Shown here in pieces: positions 30,545-44,431 of a stretch of DNA of 64,000 nt; the first letter of the stretch is position 1; each line of letters opens with the position of its first letter. The position numbers were made by a program, and so were the translations under genes. The stretch is from Eledone cirrhosa (taxonomy: Eukaryota). Location of the stretch: contig OZ024742.1 of assembly GCA_964016885.1 (NCBI GenBank), forward strand, positions 350,052,001 through 350,116,000. The letters are read 5' to 3'. The notes beneath the pieces were generated by a model, which saw only the letters and a list, made by a program, of their open reading frames with translations, made no database searches and was not told the origin of the DNA.

Positions 30545-32619
30545 CAAAAGGAGTAGCTTTTGAAATAATATTCCAAATCAGCGAATATTCAACATTATCT
30601 CGTTTTAGGTCCCATAATAGGCTAGATAGCGAAGTTGAAGATTTTTTGTTTGGATCTGTAAAAGAATTTTTATGATTATTGAAGCGGGATTTAAATTCTG
30701 TAGAGGTAGAACCGACATAGTTAAATGAATTTAAATTAGTTTTAACATTACAATTATAAACTACATTTTTAGCTAAGCAGTTGTTATTTAACGGACAGTT
30801 GGATTTATTTCTACAGTTACAGTTATTCGGTTGAATATTGCTTGGGTTATTATTGGTATTTTGGTTAGGTTTTAAATTTTTATTATTAATTCTATTAATA
30901 TTTGCGCTAAATTTTTGGTGGAAGAGTAGGTTAATTTTATAGTATGTCTATTAAAAATTGAGTAATATTTATGTGTTCTAGGGAATCGTTTGTCAAGAGC
31001 TTTAAAGAATAGTTTAGCAATAGGGGTTTTAATATTTAGTGAGAAAGGGGGAGCGAACTATAATATATTCCTAGTTCTATTTCTTTTCCGGCTTTCGGAG
31101 TTATAGTAATATTTTCTATTATGGTTGTTGAAATTGTTACCATACTTAAAGTTGTTATTATTTTGGTTATTTTGTATATTATTATTATTATCGATGTATT
31201 TAATTTTATTTCTATACCCAGCTCTACCTAACGCTTCATTGTAATAATGCGCTTTTTCATCAAATATATTCTTATTAGATGAAATTCTTGAAATTCGTTC
31301 TTGAACAGAGTTCACTATAGTATTTTTAACGGATCTGGGGTGATTAGAGTTAAAATTGACATAATTTAAGTTCTCATTTAGTTTGTGAAATGGATAATGA
31401 AGACATGTGTTGAGATTTAGTGTTACATCTAGAAAATTGACTATTTTATGGTTATTCTTTATTTCTACTTTTAGATTAAGGTAATTAAAAAATTGTATAA
31501 TTTGCTTTCTTTTTCTATTTAGTTCACAGCTATTATTTTCTATAAGTAAAAGCATGTCGTCACGATATAAGCCTCAGGTTACATCTGGTATTTTTCTATG
31601 TAGAGAATTAATTATAAATAGGCCCACAAGGTCCGTTACCTGAGCTGAGTCTGAAGATCCCATAGTTATGTCGAAATTATTATTTCTATCTGCCCTAGTC
31701 CAGAGTTGGTTATTAAATTCTATTAATGTTTTCCGTGCCGATAATATAATGTGCATTTCATTGCTAGTTAGGTCTGTATGTTTAAATGCGTAAGTTAGTG
31801 CCTTATTCAGTAGATTAGGAGTGATAGATAAGTAGTAGTTAGCAATATCCAACTGAATAAAATTATTGTTATAGTTATATTTAATTTCTTTAAACCAATC
31901 GATAACCTCACTAGTCCCTTTCCATAATTTTAAATAAGATAAATTAGGTAAATTCTTAATTTGTTGTATTACTCTGTCTAGAATATTTTTGCTAAGTATG
32001 CCCAGGTCAGATTTAGATGGTGCAATTAATCTGACTTGTAAATCATTTTCAAAGTTTCTTTTATGATCCTTCATATTGATCTTAGGTTTCCTTGGCATAA
32101 AGAGTTGTGTTTTATTTTCAATGTCTAGTTCATGCATTATACAAGAGGCATCTGTATTCAGTTTTTCAAGTTCGTCCTTATTTGCTACTTTCTATTTCTT
32201 CCTTAGTTCCTTCAATATAAGGTCGTTATAAATGTCCTTTTGTATTCCGTAAAGATTATTAGTTTTGTCCGACTTGACTAGAATTTTCTCCGTTTTCTCC
32301 AAGTTTTCAATCTTATCCTTAATATCTCTTAAGTAATCTTGGCCTTTGAAGTTGTTTTTGAATTTTATGCTTTGGATGATAGATACGATATCATTTTCAA
32401 AATCCATTAGTAGTTTTTTGGGGTGTGGATTTTTTTAGATTTGAAGATTCTATCCAGATTTGAATCATTTTCATTTAGATTAGATTTATCGAAGTGGAAA
32501 GCACACCACCTGATTCTTCTTATAAAAGAGTCTGATTTTTCTATTAATTGCTTAATAAAATCTTTATTCCTAGGTAGAGGTATGTCTTTTAGAGAAGAAG
32601 AGATCTTAAAGAATTCCAT
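30545..32619 (-). pseudogene. PLE RT + GIY-YIG polyprotein, frameshifted, C-terminus lost
   Basis: SLKDIPLP N-terminus, QLDIANYY, ITMGSSDSAQV, GLYRDD (~31552-31575), VNFLDVTL, linker CNCRNKSNCPL, NVVYNC...YVGSTS. Confidence 0.9.
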
Positions 32620-32797
32620 TTTTCAGTTATAATGTAAAGCGCTCAACAATACAGGAGCAGAGTATATGCAAAATTTGTATTTAAATTGTTGGGATACAAC
32701 AAGCAAATATTTTTATAACTGATATAAAGCACTCGACAAATATTTGGAGTAGATATACGATATTAATAAATGAAAACTATATTTATAAAACCATATT

Positions 32798-32862
32798 TAT
32801 TTCATTATATATATTTCAAGGATACCAAGTTACATTATGGTATGCCTTCATCAGACAAAATA
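32798..32862 (-). ncRNA. Minimal type I hammerhead in 5' pLTR
   Basis: Same motif, 2734 bp from the 30064 copy. Confidence 0.8.
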
Positions 32863-34228
32863 CAATATATAACAGTTTTATAAATAGACATTGACGTACC
32901 CCTTTAAAAATTGACCGTTGCTTTTGGAGGCCATCAGGATAGTGATTTGTTTAATTAGTAAGTCATAGTGTTCAGAGTAAGTAAAAATATGGAGAGAGAG
33001 AGAGAAACGTGGAGAAAAGAGAGGGAGAGATAGATAAAGAAAAAGAGAACAGAGGAAAAATAACGGGGAGATATCAAACCATCAGACAGAGAAAAAATCC
33101 AGAGAGAGATATATAGAGATAGAGAGAGGGAGAGAGAACGAAAACCTTAAGTTATGTCATATTAAGTTGAGTTAACAGTTGGGATGAAAAGCATAAATAA
33201 AATTAGAAATATTAATATTCATGAATGGAATATAGATATATAATATGAGAAATTACACATTGTTTAATTATGATTAGATATTTAGTTTAAAATTGAGATC
33301 AATATATTAAAAATTGGAATTTAAACATTATAAAATATATATATTTTGCTAGAGAGATTATCTGTCGCATATTACATACACATAGGCAAAGGTACATAAA
33401 TATATATATACAGACACTCACTCAGAAAATACACATTATATCTACTCCCCCATTTAATATATACATACAAAGCATAAGCGATTTTTTATTTATTGCCATA
33501 CATTCCCTGTGTTATTAATTGAAAATTAAAAGTTTTTAGTATATATATAAATATATAGGATTAACTTTCATGCATTTATGGCTGTTAAGTTATGCATATC
33601 TGCAATCAAAAACTGCATGTGTAAGCCTGTACATTCACATCCATAATTCTTAGCTATACATGAATAGATATGTGTGTGCATCTTCAGTTGTTATACACGC
33701 GTCACTCATGCATATATACAGACATACATATAATCATAAAAAAGCATATAACACATGTATATGTATGTCAACATACACATATAGATACATTAGCCGTACA
33801 TATATATATCCGTATACATCAACATATAACATAGTACAATTGAGTATATAAAATACAAAAGGATTATAATTTGGAAATATAATTATATCAATATAACTTA
33901 AAAGGCAAACGAATTCTACAAATATCAAAATACTAAAATATCCCAAAATATTATAGAATATTTTAAGTTAAAATAATATGTTTAATATATTTAGTATAGA
34001 AATTAATCTTACGTATATTTTAATCAAGATATTGAAAGGACAAACTTTTTCTTTATCTATCTCTCCCTTTTTTTTCTCCACGTTTCTCTCTCTCTCTCCA
34101 TCTTTTTACTTACTCTTAACACTATGACTTACTAAAATAAACAAATCACTATCCTGATGGCCTCCAAAAGCAACGGTCAATTTTTAAAGGGGTACGTCAA
34201 TGTCTATTTATAAAACTGTTATATGTTG

Positions 34229-34293
34229 TATTTTGTCTGATGAAGGCATACCATAATGTAACTTGGTATCCTTGAAATATATATAATGAAATA
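34229..34293 (+). ncRNA. Minimal type I hammerhead in the inverted pLTR
   Basis: CTGATGA at 34237, stem II AGGCATACCA/TGGTATCCT, then GAAATATATATA. Confidence 0.8.
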
Positions 34294-34332
34294 AATATGG
34301 TTTTATAAATATAGTTTCCATTTATTAATATC

Positions 34333-34434
<102 letters not shown>

Positions 34435-34462
34435 ATATGTATACATATATATGTATATATAT

Positions 34463-34539
<77 letters not shown>

Positions 34540-34540
34540 C

Positions 34541-34579
<39 letters not shown>

Positions 34580-34705
34580 GGAGGTGAGTTTTATTGTAGT
34601 ACAATAAAGCAATGCAGATATCGGATAAGTAGCACTCTACAGTTTGTAGGACTGGAGTATAAATAATAATATATAAGATCAAAAGATGGTTAAAAGAGTT
34701 CCATG

Positions 34706-34776
34706 TATTTTATTATGCGCATTTCAAAAACAAATATCATCATGTAATAACATTTGCCTTTTCGTCAGATAAAATA
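34706..34776 (-). ncRNA. Minimal type I hammerhead ribozyme (mirror copy)
   Basis: Reverse complement of 34901-34971 with a few substitutions in stem II. Confidence 0.85.
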
Positions 34777-34900
34777 GGGAGACATGATATGAAGGTTAAA
34801 ACACACTTGTGAATAGTGCAGTTTTAAATCAACATATGGATATGTTGATTTAAAACTGCACTATTCACAAGTGTGTTTTAACCTTCATATCATGTCTCCC

Positions 34901-34971
34901 TATTTTATCTGACGAAAACGCAAATATTATTACATGATGATATTTGTTTTTGAAATGCGCATAATAAAATA
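34901..34971 (+). ncRNA. Minimal type I hammerhead ribozyme
   Basis: TATTTTAT-CTGACGA-stem II-GAAAT-GCGC-ATA-ATAAAATA, with a palindromic loop 3. Confidence 0.88.
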
Positions 34972-35008
34972 CACGGAACTCTTTTAACCATCTTTTGATC
35001 TTATATAT

Positions 35009-35073
<65 letters not shown>

Positions 35074-35102
35074 AATACGTATATATATATATGCATATAT
35101 AT

Positions 35103-35270
35103 ATAGGAAAGAGTATGACCCCAACGGCAGAGCTCAAGAAGTTTCGACAGCTATTTCTGAGCCGTCGAAACGGGTTGAGCTCTGCCGTCGGCGTCATACT
35201 CTTCCCTATTGCCCACTCTACTACCCTAAGTATTGAGTACTCTGGTGCGTTATGATCCATCTGGTTTATC
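35103..35270 (+). mobile_element. Short fold-back element (family X)
   Basis: Inverted repeat 35103-35209, apex GACAGCT-atttctg-AGCCGTC, GAAAC at 35167. Tail as in 21090-21150. Confidence 0.8.
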
Positions 35271-35404
35271 CAAACTATTGAGCCCTTTGCCACGCATTTC
35301 GAAGATTATGTTTCGTTGTTTCGTGGGCCGAAATTCCGATTCTCGATGATTTATATATATATATATATATATTTATTAAATACTATTAATCTGTTATTTT
35401 AATA

Positions 35405-35441
<37 letters not shown>

Positions 35442-35443
<2 letters not shown>

Positions 35444-35645
35444 GTTTTTTTTATTTGTTTTACAAGATTTCTTATCTGAAAACGTGTGTTGAAACAGGTA
35501 TTGTTATACTTTGGGAAAACAAAGGAGAGACACGAAATAAAAACCCAGTTACTGAGGAGGTCACATAATGTGTGAAGAAAGAGCTTTGATAATATATAAA
35601 CAACAACCGGTTATCGAACCAACTAACCAATCGAAAAACCAACAA
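35442..35645. mobile_element. Rearranged pLTR fragments of the 49050-49376 family
   Basis: 35442-35515 is the inverted terminal tail. 35517-35645 matches 49080-49205 in direct orientation. Confidence 0.65.
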
Positions 35646-35735
35646 ATATTTGCTCTATGGTTATACATATTTTGATATATATATATTATCCATATCGAGC
35701 CCTCTTCAGATAGTAGTCTACACATTTATTATCAT

Positions 35736-35811
<76 letters not shown>

Positions 35812-35819
<8 letters not shown>

Positions 35820-36679
35820 ATAAATTAACGGAGGCATAGGCCCTCGCTATTCCCTGTAAATAATGTGCTCAAAGGAGAAGAAATCCTGAGCTCTTTAAAA
35901 TACAATATGTTGAAAAGGTAACACACCAGAGAGAGATATACAGTGCGCTATCAATAAAACAGGGAAAAAACCCACCAGTGTATGGAATCTATAGACACGA
36001 TAATTAAAAATATAAATTAAAGCGTAAATAAATACCTCTATAACTATATAACACACGTACAAATCCAAAGATATGTTTCACCAGTAATTTGTTGAAAGAA
36101 ATGGGTTAGCCTTGGTTCATCAGCGTGTGTATTTTAAAGAGATCAGGATTTCTTGTCCTTTCAGCACATTATTTACAGGGAATAGCGAGGGACTATGCCT
36201 CCGTTAATTTATCGTGATATTTCGCTCCTAATAACAGTCTTTCCTATCTCTGTTTGGTTGAGCACACTTCTCTCAGTGGCTTTGGGCTGCCCTTTCTAGC
36301 AGTTCGTCCCTCAGATGCCACTGGTTCACTGCCCTTAAACACCCTGTGACTTCTCTCTCCCACGTGTAGCTGGACAGTCACTTTTAAAATTCTCTTAGTG
36401 TTGTCTGAAATGTATAGCCTTACACACGCTGATGAACCGAGGCTAACCCATTTCTTTCAACAAATTACTGGTGAAACATATCTTTGGATTAGTATCTTTG
36501 GATTTGTACGTGTGTTATATAGTTATAGAGGTATTTATTTACGCTTTTATTTATATTTTTAATTATCGTGTCTATAGTCTGCCTTTCATAGGTTATAGAT
36601 TCCATACACTGGTGGTTTTTTCCCTGTTTTATTGATAGCGCACTGTATATCTCTCTCTGGCGTGTTACCTTTTCAACAT

Positions 36680-36685
<6 letters not shown>
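35812..36685. mobile_element. Element with two interleaved inverted repeats and a hammerhead-like core
   Basis: 35812-35903 pairs with 36129-36220, and 35901-36131 pairs with 36421-36685. CTGATGA at 36429, GAAAC at 36473. (TA)n at both ends. Confidence 0.8.
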
Positions 36686-36755
<70 letters not shown>

Positions 36756-37824
36756 TATATATATATACACGTGTGTGTGTATATTCCCCCAATCCATTGA
36801 GAGACATATTACAGTAAATAGTGACCAAATCTTCTTAAAGGGGGAAACATATTTTATCCGTGATTAAAAAAAGATTAAAAAATGTTCATGTTTTTTTTAT
36901 TTTCATAATCTTTTAAAGGTTTAGGTTTGGAAGAACAAGCTTTACTGAAGTTCTTCACGGCTCCTTCCAAGATCTATAATATTACTGATTCTTTTGAGAG
37001 GGTGAAGACGTGTGGCGCAATGTTTAGAGAGTTGGATTCACAAATGAGAGGTTGTGAGTTCGATAACATACCACCCAAGTCCTGGGTGTTGAAATAATCG
37101 ACTCCCCACTCTTCTGGACTTGTGACTAAATTAGAAACCATTAATGCTACTATTGAACAGTGGAAAGTTGGTGATTGTAGGAAAGCCACGCACATAGAGA
37201 GAGTCTCAGACATAGGAAGTTTTGGGCCCTAAAGTATAACAATACCAGAGCCCTTAGGACTTACACCTTTTGAGTAAGAGGTGAATATTTAAGAAACGTC
37301 AAATGATGTTTAACACAGGCTTTTCCAAACTCAGCTCTTTTTCTTTTAAATATAAAACTATGGTATAGGAAAATCCGATGATCGGATCAGGCAGTTCCTC
37401 TTGTCCACATTTAAGTGAAAAATAATGTTTCACTTAAATATGGTCAATTATTGATTATATTTCGAGAAAATGTAATAAATGGTTATGGCAGACTTTGATG
37501 TTCGTATTCCATACTTATCTCAAGATGTTTAATTGAAGCAGCTAGATCTACAAAAGCTGTTATGATACGATATCGTTTTATATATGAACACTTGAAGATA
37601 CTCGGCACGATGTGATACAAGAACACACGTACAGCATTTATGAACTTCCACCCAGCGGAACATTCAGGATGAAATGGAAATGTACTTTATTTATTGTTCT
37701 GACAGAAATATAAGATTAGTGGGTCTTGGATGGATGGAGTTTTAAATACAAAGTGCAGAGTGGCGGAAGAAATATTACAAACGACTGCATTCTATCTGAC
37801 AGATTGACTATTTTGAAACGGACA

Positions 37825-37891
<67 letters not shown>

Positions 37892-38054
37892 TTTCTCTGT
37901 TCCCGGTTATCTTTCTATATTTCTCCTACCTCTTATTCTATCTTCCGATGAAGGAAACACGTCAAAAACGTTAAGGCTATTTTCATCCTATATGAAGCGC
38001 ATTAAACTAATCTATATCATCATTGTACTTGCTCCCTCTCTCTATCTCTCATAT

Positions 38055-38170
38055 GCGTGTGGCTGAGTGTTTAGAGAATTGAATTTACGATCGGGAGGTT
38101 GTGAGTTCGATTCCCGGACCGGGTGATGCGTTATGTCCTTGAGCAAGACACTTTATTTCACGTTGCTCCT
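38055..38170 (+). mobile_element. tRNA-derived CORE-like SINE (second family)
   Basis: A box TGGCTGAGTG, B box GTTCGATTCC, CORE-like GTCCTTGAGCAAGACACTT. A related copy lies at ~57310-57530 and a related head at ~37010-37145. Confidence 0.7.
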
Positions 38171-38514
38171 TCCACCTGGAGTTGCGACCGATAGATAGTA
38201 TTAGCAATTGAAAAGACCAACGGAAACATTATTTCCTCGGTCCGATTTAACGAAAGTCGATCGACTGAATATATATATATATATGTTGTTAACATCTCAA
38301 TCAAATCTTCGGCCATAAGTCAAGGTTTCTCCTATTCTTTCCTCAATACTCCTGCAGCATCGGCCAATTGTTATGGATGCTGCCTCCATCTCTGACTTAG
38401 ACACAGGAAGAAATACTGAGGAATATAAACACATTTTCAATGGTCATGAAATGTGGAAACGTACATGTACCCTGAAATGATTACAGGACATAAACGTAGT
38501 ACAGTTTACTAAGG

Positions 38515-38720
38515 GCGGTGGATTGGCGTAATATCACTAGAGCGTCGTACAAAATGCTTTATCTTACAGGGTTACGCCCCTTCAAATCCTCTCGAGGTTA
38601 GCTTTGCTTTTCACCTTTACGGAGTCGATAAAATAACATATCAGTAATGCACTGGGGTCGATTTAATCGATTTTCCCTACCCGAATTTGTTGACCTTGTG
38701 CCTAAATAAAAAACCAATAT
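38515..38720 (+). mobile_element. tRNA-derived SINE (main family, diverged)
   Basis: GGTGGATTGGC head, TTCAAATCC, GTCGATAAAATAA core. Confidence 0.7.
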
Positions 38721-40314
38721 TCCAGTTTACTTTACAGAATTATTAGTTGTCTTATACCAATTCTCATGACAACTTTGACAATCGATAAATGGCATTTTCT
38801 GTCATATTACAATTTAACTACCAGAATTATAATTTTCAATATAAAAACGTATATTTCAACTGCAAAACCTTTAAAATTAAAAATGACGGATGTTATCGCC
38901 AGCAATTCTCAAACTGGGTTCATTGTCATAGCGTCCCTCGTTCCCTTATACTTTGATGTTTGCTTTTAGTTCTCACGGGGATTTCCATGCACATCCAGTA
39001 CCTCCATGTGTAATGAAGTTAGGGAGCACCACAAATACTTCTAACCTGGTTATTTTAAAATAACACCTATTACTAAAGTCTTTTTGTTTTGGTGCAATTA
39101 TAAATCTTATCCTGACAGATATTTGTAAGTTTGTATTATTTTTGTATTATATTTTATATCCCCGACCATATCTCTTCCTTGCTAGCGTTTTAAGAAACAA
39201 TTTCCTGAGTGTCAAATTACCCGAAGAACAGGTTCTGATTTGAAGATAACAATCTATTATTTTATAACAAATTCTTTCTTCAGAAAATATCTTCTGTAAT
39301 TTGTCTAGAATTCACCAATTTCTTTTCTTCATTACGGTTTCTCTCACAACCTCGATACACACATTCAATTTCGTTTCTTCGATATTTCTATATAATGGTT
39401 ATATTCTCTTCCATTGTTCTATTACATAATGACATATTGCAATTGTTTGGTACCAACTCTGTCTTATACAATACAACAAGGGAATATACTCTCGGGGGTC
39501 AAATTAGCGTCCCTCCCCGTTTATTAATTTTTCAGACCTTTTCCAACCCCCGCTCTAACACATAATAAAGTTTTCTAATCTATCTCCGGCGAAATTTTAT
39601 TTTAAATGGTAGCATTTCTGCGGCAATTAATTTTCTTTTCTTTAGTCATTAAAAAATATTATACAAGACAAACAAAGTAGATTACTAGGAAACCCTTACC
39701 TTATAAAATTAAAAAGAAATCATCGGAAACAAATTAGAAAAATTACCGATTCCCCCACTGCTTATCCCCCCCCCCCCCCCCCCCCGTTTATTCCACCCTT
39801 TTTTTATTTGAAATCCTTACATAAAATCCCTCAACATTCTAGAAATAACAACTAAATCTCTCAAATATGGCACTAGCTTAAAATATTCCAATCAGAAGGA
39901 CACATATATAATGTAGTCATAAATATATTATATCTGCATTTACAGCAACAACAACAACAACAACAACACTTATCTATAAGGTAAATTGATGCTCAATACG
40001 GCTACCAAATTGTTCGCAATTGTGAATGTTGAGAAATATTTAAATAAGTTATCCCCTTCTAGAATTTCCCCATTATAATATAACCGTATCGAAATAGAAT
40101 TATTTAAGTAATTCTCGCTTCCTTAATTCTCCACAAAATTCCTCTTTTCCGTTACACACTGGAACTCTTGAGAATATAGCGTATTCTCTATAGTATATAT
40201 CCACTAGAACAAAAGGATGACGACAGTCATCTAAAACACATGGCGTTATGAGACTGTTTGATTTCAAATGAATCGAATAATAAAAATAATATTATTATTA
40301 TATTATTATTATTC

Positions 40315-40505
40315 GTGGATTGGCAGTATCGGTAGAGGGTCGGACGCCATGCTTTGCAGCAAAGAGTTACGGCCCTTTATGGTCTGAGTTCAAATCCCGC
40401 CGATGTTAACTTTGCCTTTCATCCTTACAGGGTCGATAAAATAAAGTACCAGTAATGTACTAGGATATTGCTGGCCTTGTGCCAAAAGTAGAAACAATTA
40501 TTATT
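40315..40505 (+). mobile_element. tRNA-derived SINE (main family, best-preserved copy)
   Basis: A box TGGCAGTATCGG, B box GTTCAAATCC, central GCCTTTCATCCTTACAGGGTCGATAAAATAAAGTACCAG, (ATT)n at both ends. Confidence 0.9.
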
Positions 40506-40669
40506 ATTCGATATAAAACTCACGAATGCATTTACGTATCCGCTATGCTAGAGTGAAAATAAATTTAGTTCTCTCCCCCTTCCTCTAATTGCTATATGAA
40601 TCTGTCCTACAATACCAGTAAATAGATCAGTTTCAAATATTAGTTTATATTTACTATACTATTCAGAGG

Positions 40670-41065
40670 ATGGAGGAATTGCAGTATTGGTAGAGTGTCG
40701 GATGACATGCTTTGTGGTATATAGTTACATACATGTTTTGGGTTCAAATCACTCCGAGGTTAGCTTTCTCTTTCATCCTTACGGGGTCGATAAATAAAGT
40801 ACCTGTACCTCACTGGGATCGAATTAATCGACTTTCCTTTCCCCCCCAAATAGTTGGCCTTTTACCTAAATGAGAAACCTTTATTGTTATTAAGGTAGAT
40901 TGGCAATGTCGCTAAATCATCTCACAGCATGCTGTGGCATAGTTACACCTCTTTATATTCTGAGTCTCCGCTGAGGTTAACTTTGCCTTTCATTCTTACA
41001 GCGTTAATACAGCACCACTGGGCTGAATTTAATCGACTTTCCTTTCCAATTGCTGGCCTTGTATC
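40670..41065 (+). mobile_element. Two tandem SINE copies (main family)
   Basis: Copies at ~40670-40880 and ~40895-41065. Confidence 0.75.
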
Positions 41066-41434
41066 AACAACCATTACACAACTCTGTTGAGAGTCAAGTA
41101 GTATATTTTAATTCACAGACCTCGAGTAGATTTCCTTTTGTTTTCTATTTGGCAAAGCAAATGTACAAATTTGTCGTAGTAATAATATATTCATCTGGAG
41201 ATTTGTCAGGTGCATCTGATGATGCATTTGTTTTGTCTGTACTTGGATCTCAATCACTGCTCTGATGTCTCTTGTTCAGAGTTGATTCAAGATAACTGCA
41301 ATACACTCCTCTCTTTTTTCTTACATTTCTCAAACGACTATTTTTTTCTTTATCACTCTGATCTCGTCCATTGGATGTTAGTGGACGGATTTAGCATATC
41401 AGCGGTCTCTTTCTTTCTTTCTTCCGTTCATTAT

Positions 41435-41548
41435 TTCTTTCCCGCCGAGGTTTACTTTGCCTTTCATCCTTACGGGGTCGATAAAATAAAGTACCAGTAA
41501 TGTACTGGGATAATTGCTGGCCTTGTGCCAAAAGTAGAAACAATTATT
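41435..41548 (+). mobile_element. 5'-truncated SINE (main family)
   Basis: Core and tail nearly identical to 40395-40500. Confidence 0.8.
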
Positions 41549-41746
41549 TCTTTCTCTCTTTCTTTCTTTCTTTCTTTTTTTTCTTTAACTCTTTCTTTCT
41601 TTCTTCCTTTCACACATACACGACACACGTATGCATATACATATAATCATAAATGCATATATAAATATGTACGCATATATATATATATATACATATATAT
41701 GTGTGTATATGTATATACATGTATATATAAATATCAGCACACACAC

Positions 41747-41795
<49 letters not shown>

Positions 41796-42266
41796 GTTTA
41801 TCAGGTCTAACTTATATATAACATCATTTTGTTTTCACTTCTGTTTCCCCTTTCCCAGTACACAGCTGTCTTCTTCTTCTTCTCTCCAATCCTTCCATTC
41901 TGGATAGTGCTATTTCTAGCTAATTTATATTTAAGATCCATTTTATTTTCCCCTCTTTTCCTGATGTTGTCTGCAGGGATTGGAAAGATGGCAAACATTA
42001 TTCTGTCTCATTTAGCTGTCTTTTGAGAATAATTCCAGAGAACAACTATTATTATTATTATTATTATTATTGAATGCTATGGTTGACGGAGGCTCGGCTC
42101 TGTAAGGTATTGTAAATTTTGACCGCTATAACAATTGTAAATTGTTTAAAACTTTAACCAAATTGTAGACAAAAACACCCTCCTCCCCGTGAGAGGGGTC
42201 TTTCTGCTCGTTATTTGGCCCTTCGGGGTTTTGTGCCTAATATTTATTTTAAACAAAAAAAAAAAC

Positions 42267-44430
42267 ATGGCTACGAAAAATAATTTTCATAGGTCACTCC
42301 CACTCATTCCGTCTTATTCTTCCTCAATCGTCCCTACAGCAGAGAGAAGATTGTCTCTCTCCCTCCCTTCTCTAAATGTGTCTCTCTCCCTCCCTTCTCT
42401 TTTGCAAGCGACGCCAGAAAAGAAAAATCACGTGCAAAGCGTGCAAGATTTCTCCACGACGACAACGACGAAAAATGTGTGCGGGAAATACGAAAACCCA
42501 TTTTATTCGTCTGACGTCAGGAATAATAGCAGTAGCAGCCGTAATAACAGCAGCAGCAGCAACAGTGACAAGGAAAACAACAGTAGCAGCCGCAGCAGTA
42601 TCAGTAGCAGCATAAACAACAACAGCATTAGCAGCAACAACAACAGCAGCAGCAGCAACAACAACAACAACCACAGCAACAGCGGTGGCGGCAGTAGTCG
42701 TAGTACCTGCAGTAACAACAAAAGTAACAGCAGCTCTGACGACAACAACAACAATAGCAGCAAAGAAAAACCAATCTCGTTTGCAGGTATCGCAAAGAAC
42801 CTGGAAACCATCCTCATAACAAATGAGGAATTAGAGGAAGCGAAGAAGATGGTGACAAAAACCGGACACCGAGCAATCTGCAAGGCAGCCGAAACATTTT
42901 TCGAAACCCAACAGCACTGTACGGTCACGTACCCTACAGTAAGCACAAAATCCCGTAGGATTGAAAGAGCCACAGAGGCTCAAATACAAAAAGCCTTAGG
43001 ATCTGTGTGGCAGCGGAAAACGCACATCACCCGAGGCAAGAAATATGCCACCGTAGACGTGCTTTTTTCCACACCCCAGGAGGCAAAGGCTCAATCCTTA
43101 GTGACCCTAAGGAGCGAGGAAATGGTGTGGTGCCCTCCTACTGCGGGCAAAAAATTGTGAGGGTCAAACTTACCCACGCCCCCCCCCCCCCGGGATGACC
43201 CCTTCTTGGCTGGCCGCGTCTGTCCTCGTCGGAATCGAGGACAAAACAACTGTACTGCAAGTACAGAAAAAAGTAAGAGAAGATTGGGTCGGCACCTCCA
43301 TTGAGATGTTAATCCAAACCAACCAGGAGTGCATCGAAGCTATCCCGGATGTGATAGACTTCGATAACGGCACTCAACTGCCCATAAGTGTTGAGGGCAA
43401 ACGCCCGAAATGCTTTCGCTGTGGATCGAAGACTCACCTCAGAGCCTTCTGCAACGAGAAGACCCTGAGAAAGGAGAAAACCCCTCCTTCCGAAACCGGC
43501 TCCACAGCTATCAGCAACAGGACAAGCGGCAACCAGGAACGATAGGTCCGTGGCACCCATACCCACGCCACGGAAATCAAAAACAGCAGCAGCAGTGGAA
43601 GTATTAACAACAACAACAGTAATACCAAATGCAGCTGCAACAGAGACTCCAGTGCAAACATCACCAACAACAACAAGTGAAAGAGTGGAGATGGTACCTC
43701 TCCCCGACCTCACAGAATCAGACATGGAGTGTGAGGTGAGAGAGCGATGGCGAAAGGTCGTAAGAAGGCACAAACGCAGGAGCAGCACATCGTCGCCTTT
43801 GAAAAGGGGGGAAAGAAATGAAAAAAAGGGTAAAAGCTACTGCAAAGAGACTCACAGCAGCAACACCACCAACACCATCACCACCCACACTAGCAGCACG
43901 ATCACCACCGGCGACAACCCCACCGCCTACAACAACAACACCTTCAACACCACCACCACAAGCACCAACATCGCAAACACAACAACAAAACACCCACACC
44001 CAGCAACAACGACAAGAAAATAGCAGAACCACACCCCACCCCAAGAAAAACAAATGCACGGCAATAAATACACACAACAAGAAACTAATGACTTACATAA
44101 TTGAACACACAGACATTTCACAGCACGACTACATAATACCAGCACCAATCAAAACGCCAACTAACATAAGACTGCTAAAAATAGCACAGAAACAATACAC
44201 AAACATTAAAACGAAATTCCCCATCGCAGTTGGTGATTTCAGAGACCTAGGAGGGACTCTCAACCGGAGAGTATATTCGGACATACTCATAGAAGAGCCG
44301 ACGACCAGTCGAAGGGACGATTCAAAGGTCCCTTCACCAGACGATCAAGGGAAAAGCGATGGAAAAACCATCCTTCCTCTACGAAAAGTACGGTAAGTGG
44401 TCTTTCCCATCTTTTCCACTCTATTTTAAA
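42267..44430 (+). pseudogene. LINE ORF1 (gag-like), frameshifted
   Basis: CCHC knuckle CFRCGSKTHLRAFC at ~43410. Ser/Asn/Thr-rich (CAG/CAA)n tracts. Confidence 0.75.
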
Positions 44431-44431
44431 C

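Larger units (their letters stand above)
34577..35014. mobile_element. pLTR palindrome (34663-35014, 2-nt loop) with one hammerhead per arm
   Basis: Apex AATCAACATAT-gg-ATATGTTGATT. Homologous to the 29700-29910 fragment. Confidence 0.85.

Noticed and set aside
37317-37335. CAGGCTTTTCCAAACT resembling a hAT terminal inverted repeat
   Set aside because: No convincing partner TIR or TSD found.
37940-37980. CCGATGAAGG...AAAAACGTT hammerhead remnant
   Set aside because: Both core strands are mutated and stem II is not supported.
40315-40400. tRNA genes at A/B-box motifs
   Set aside because: No cloverleaf. All run into the same SINE body.
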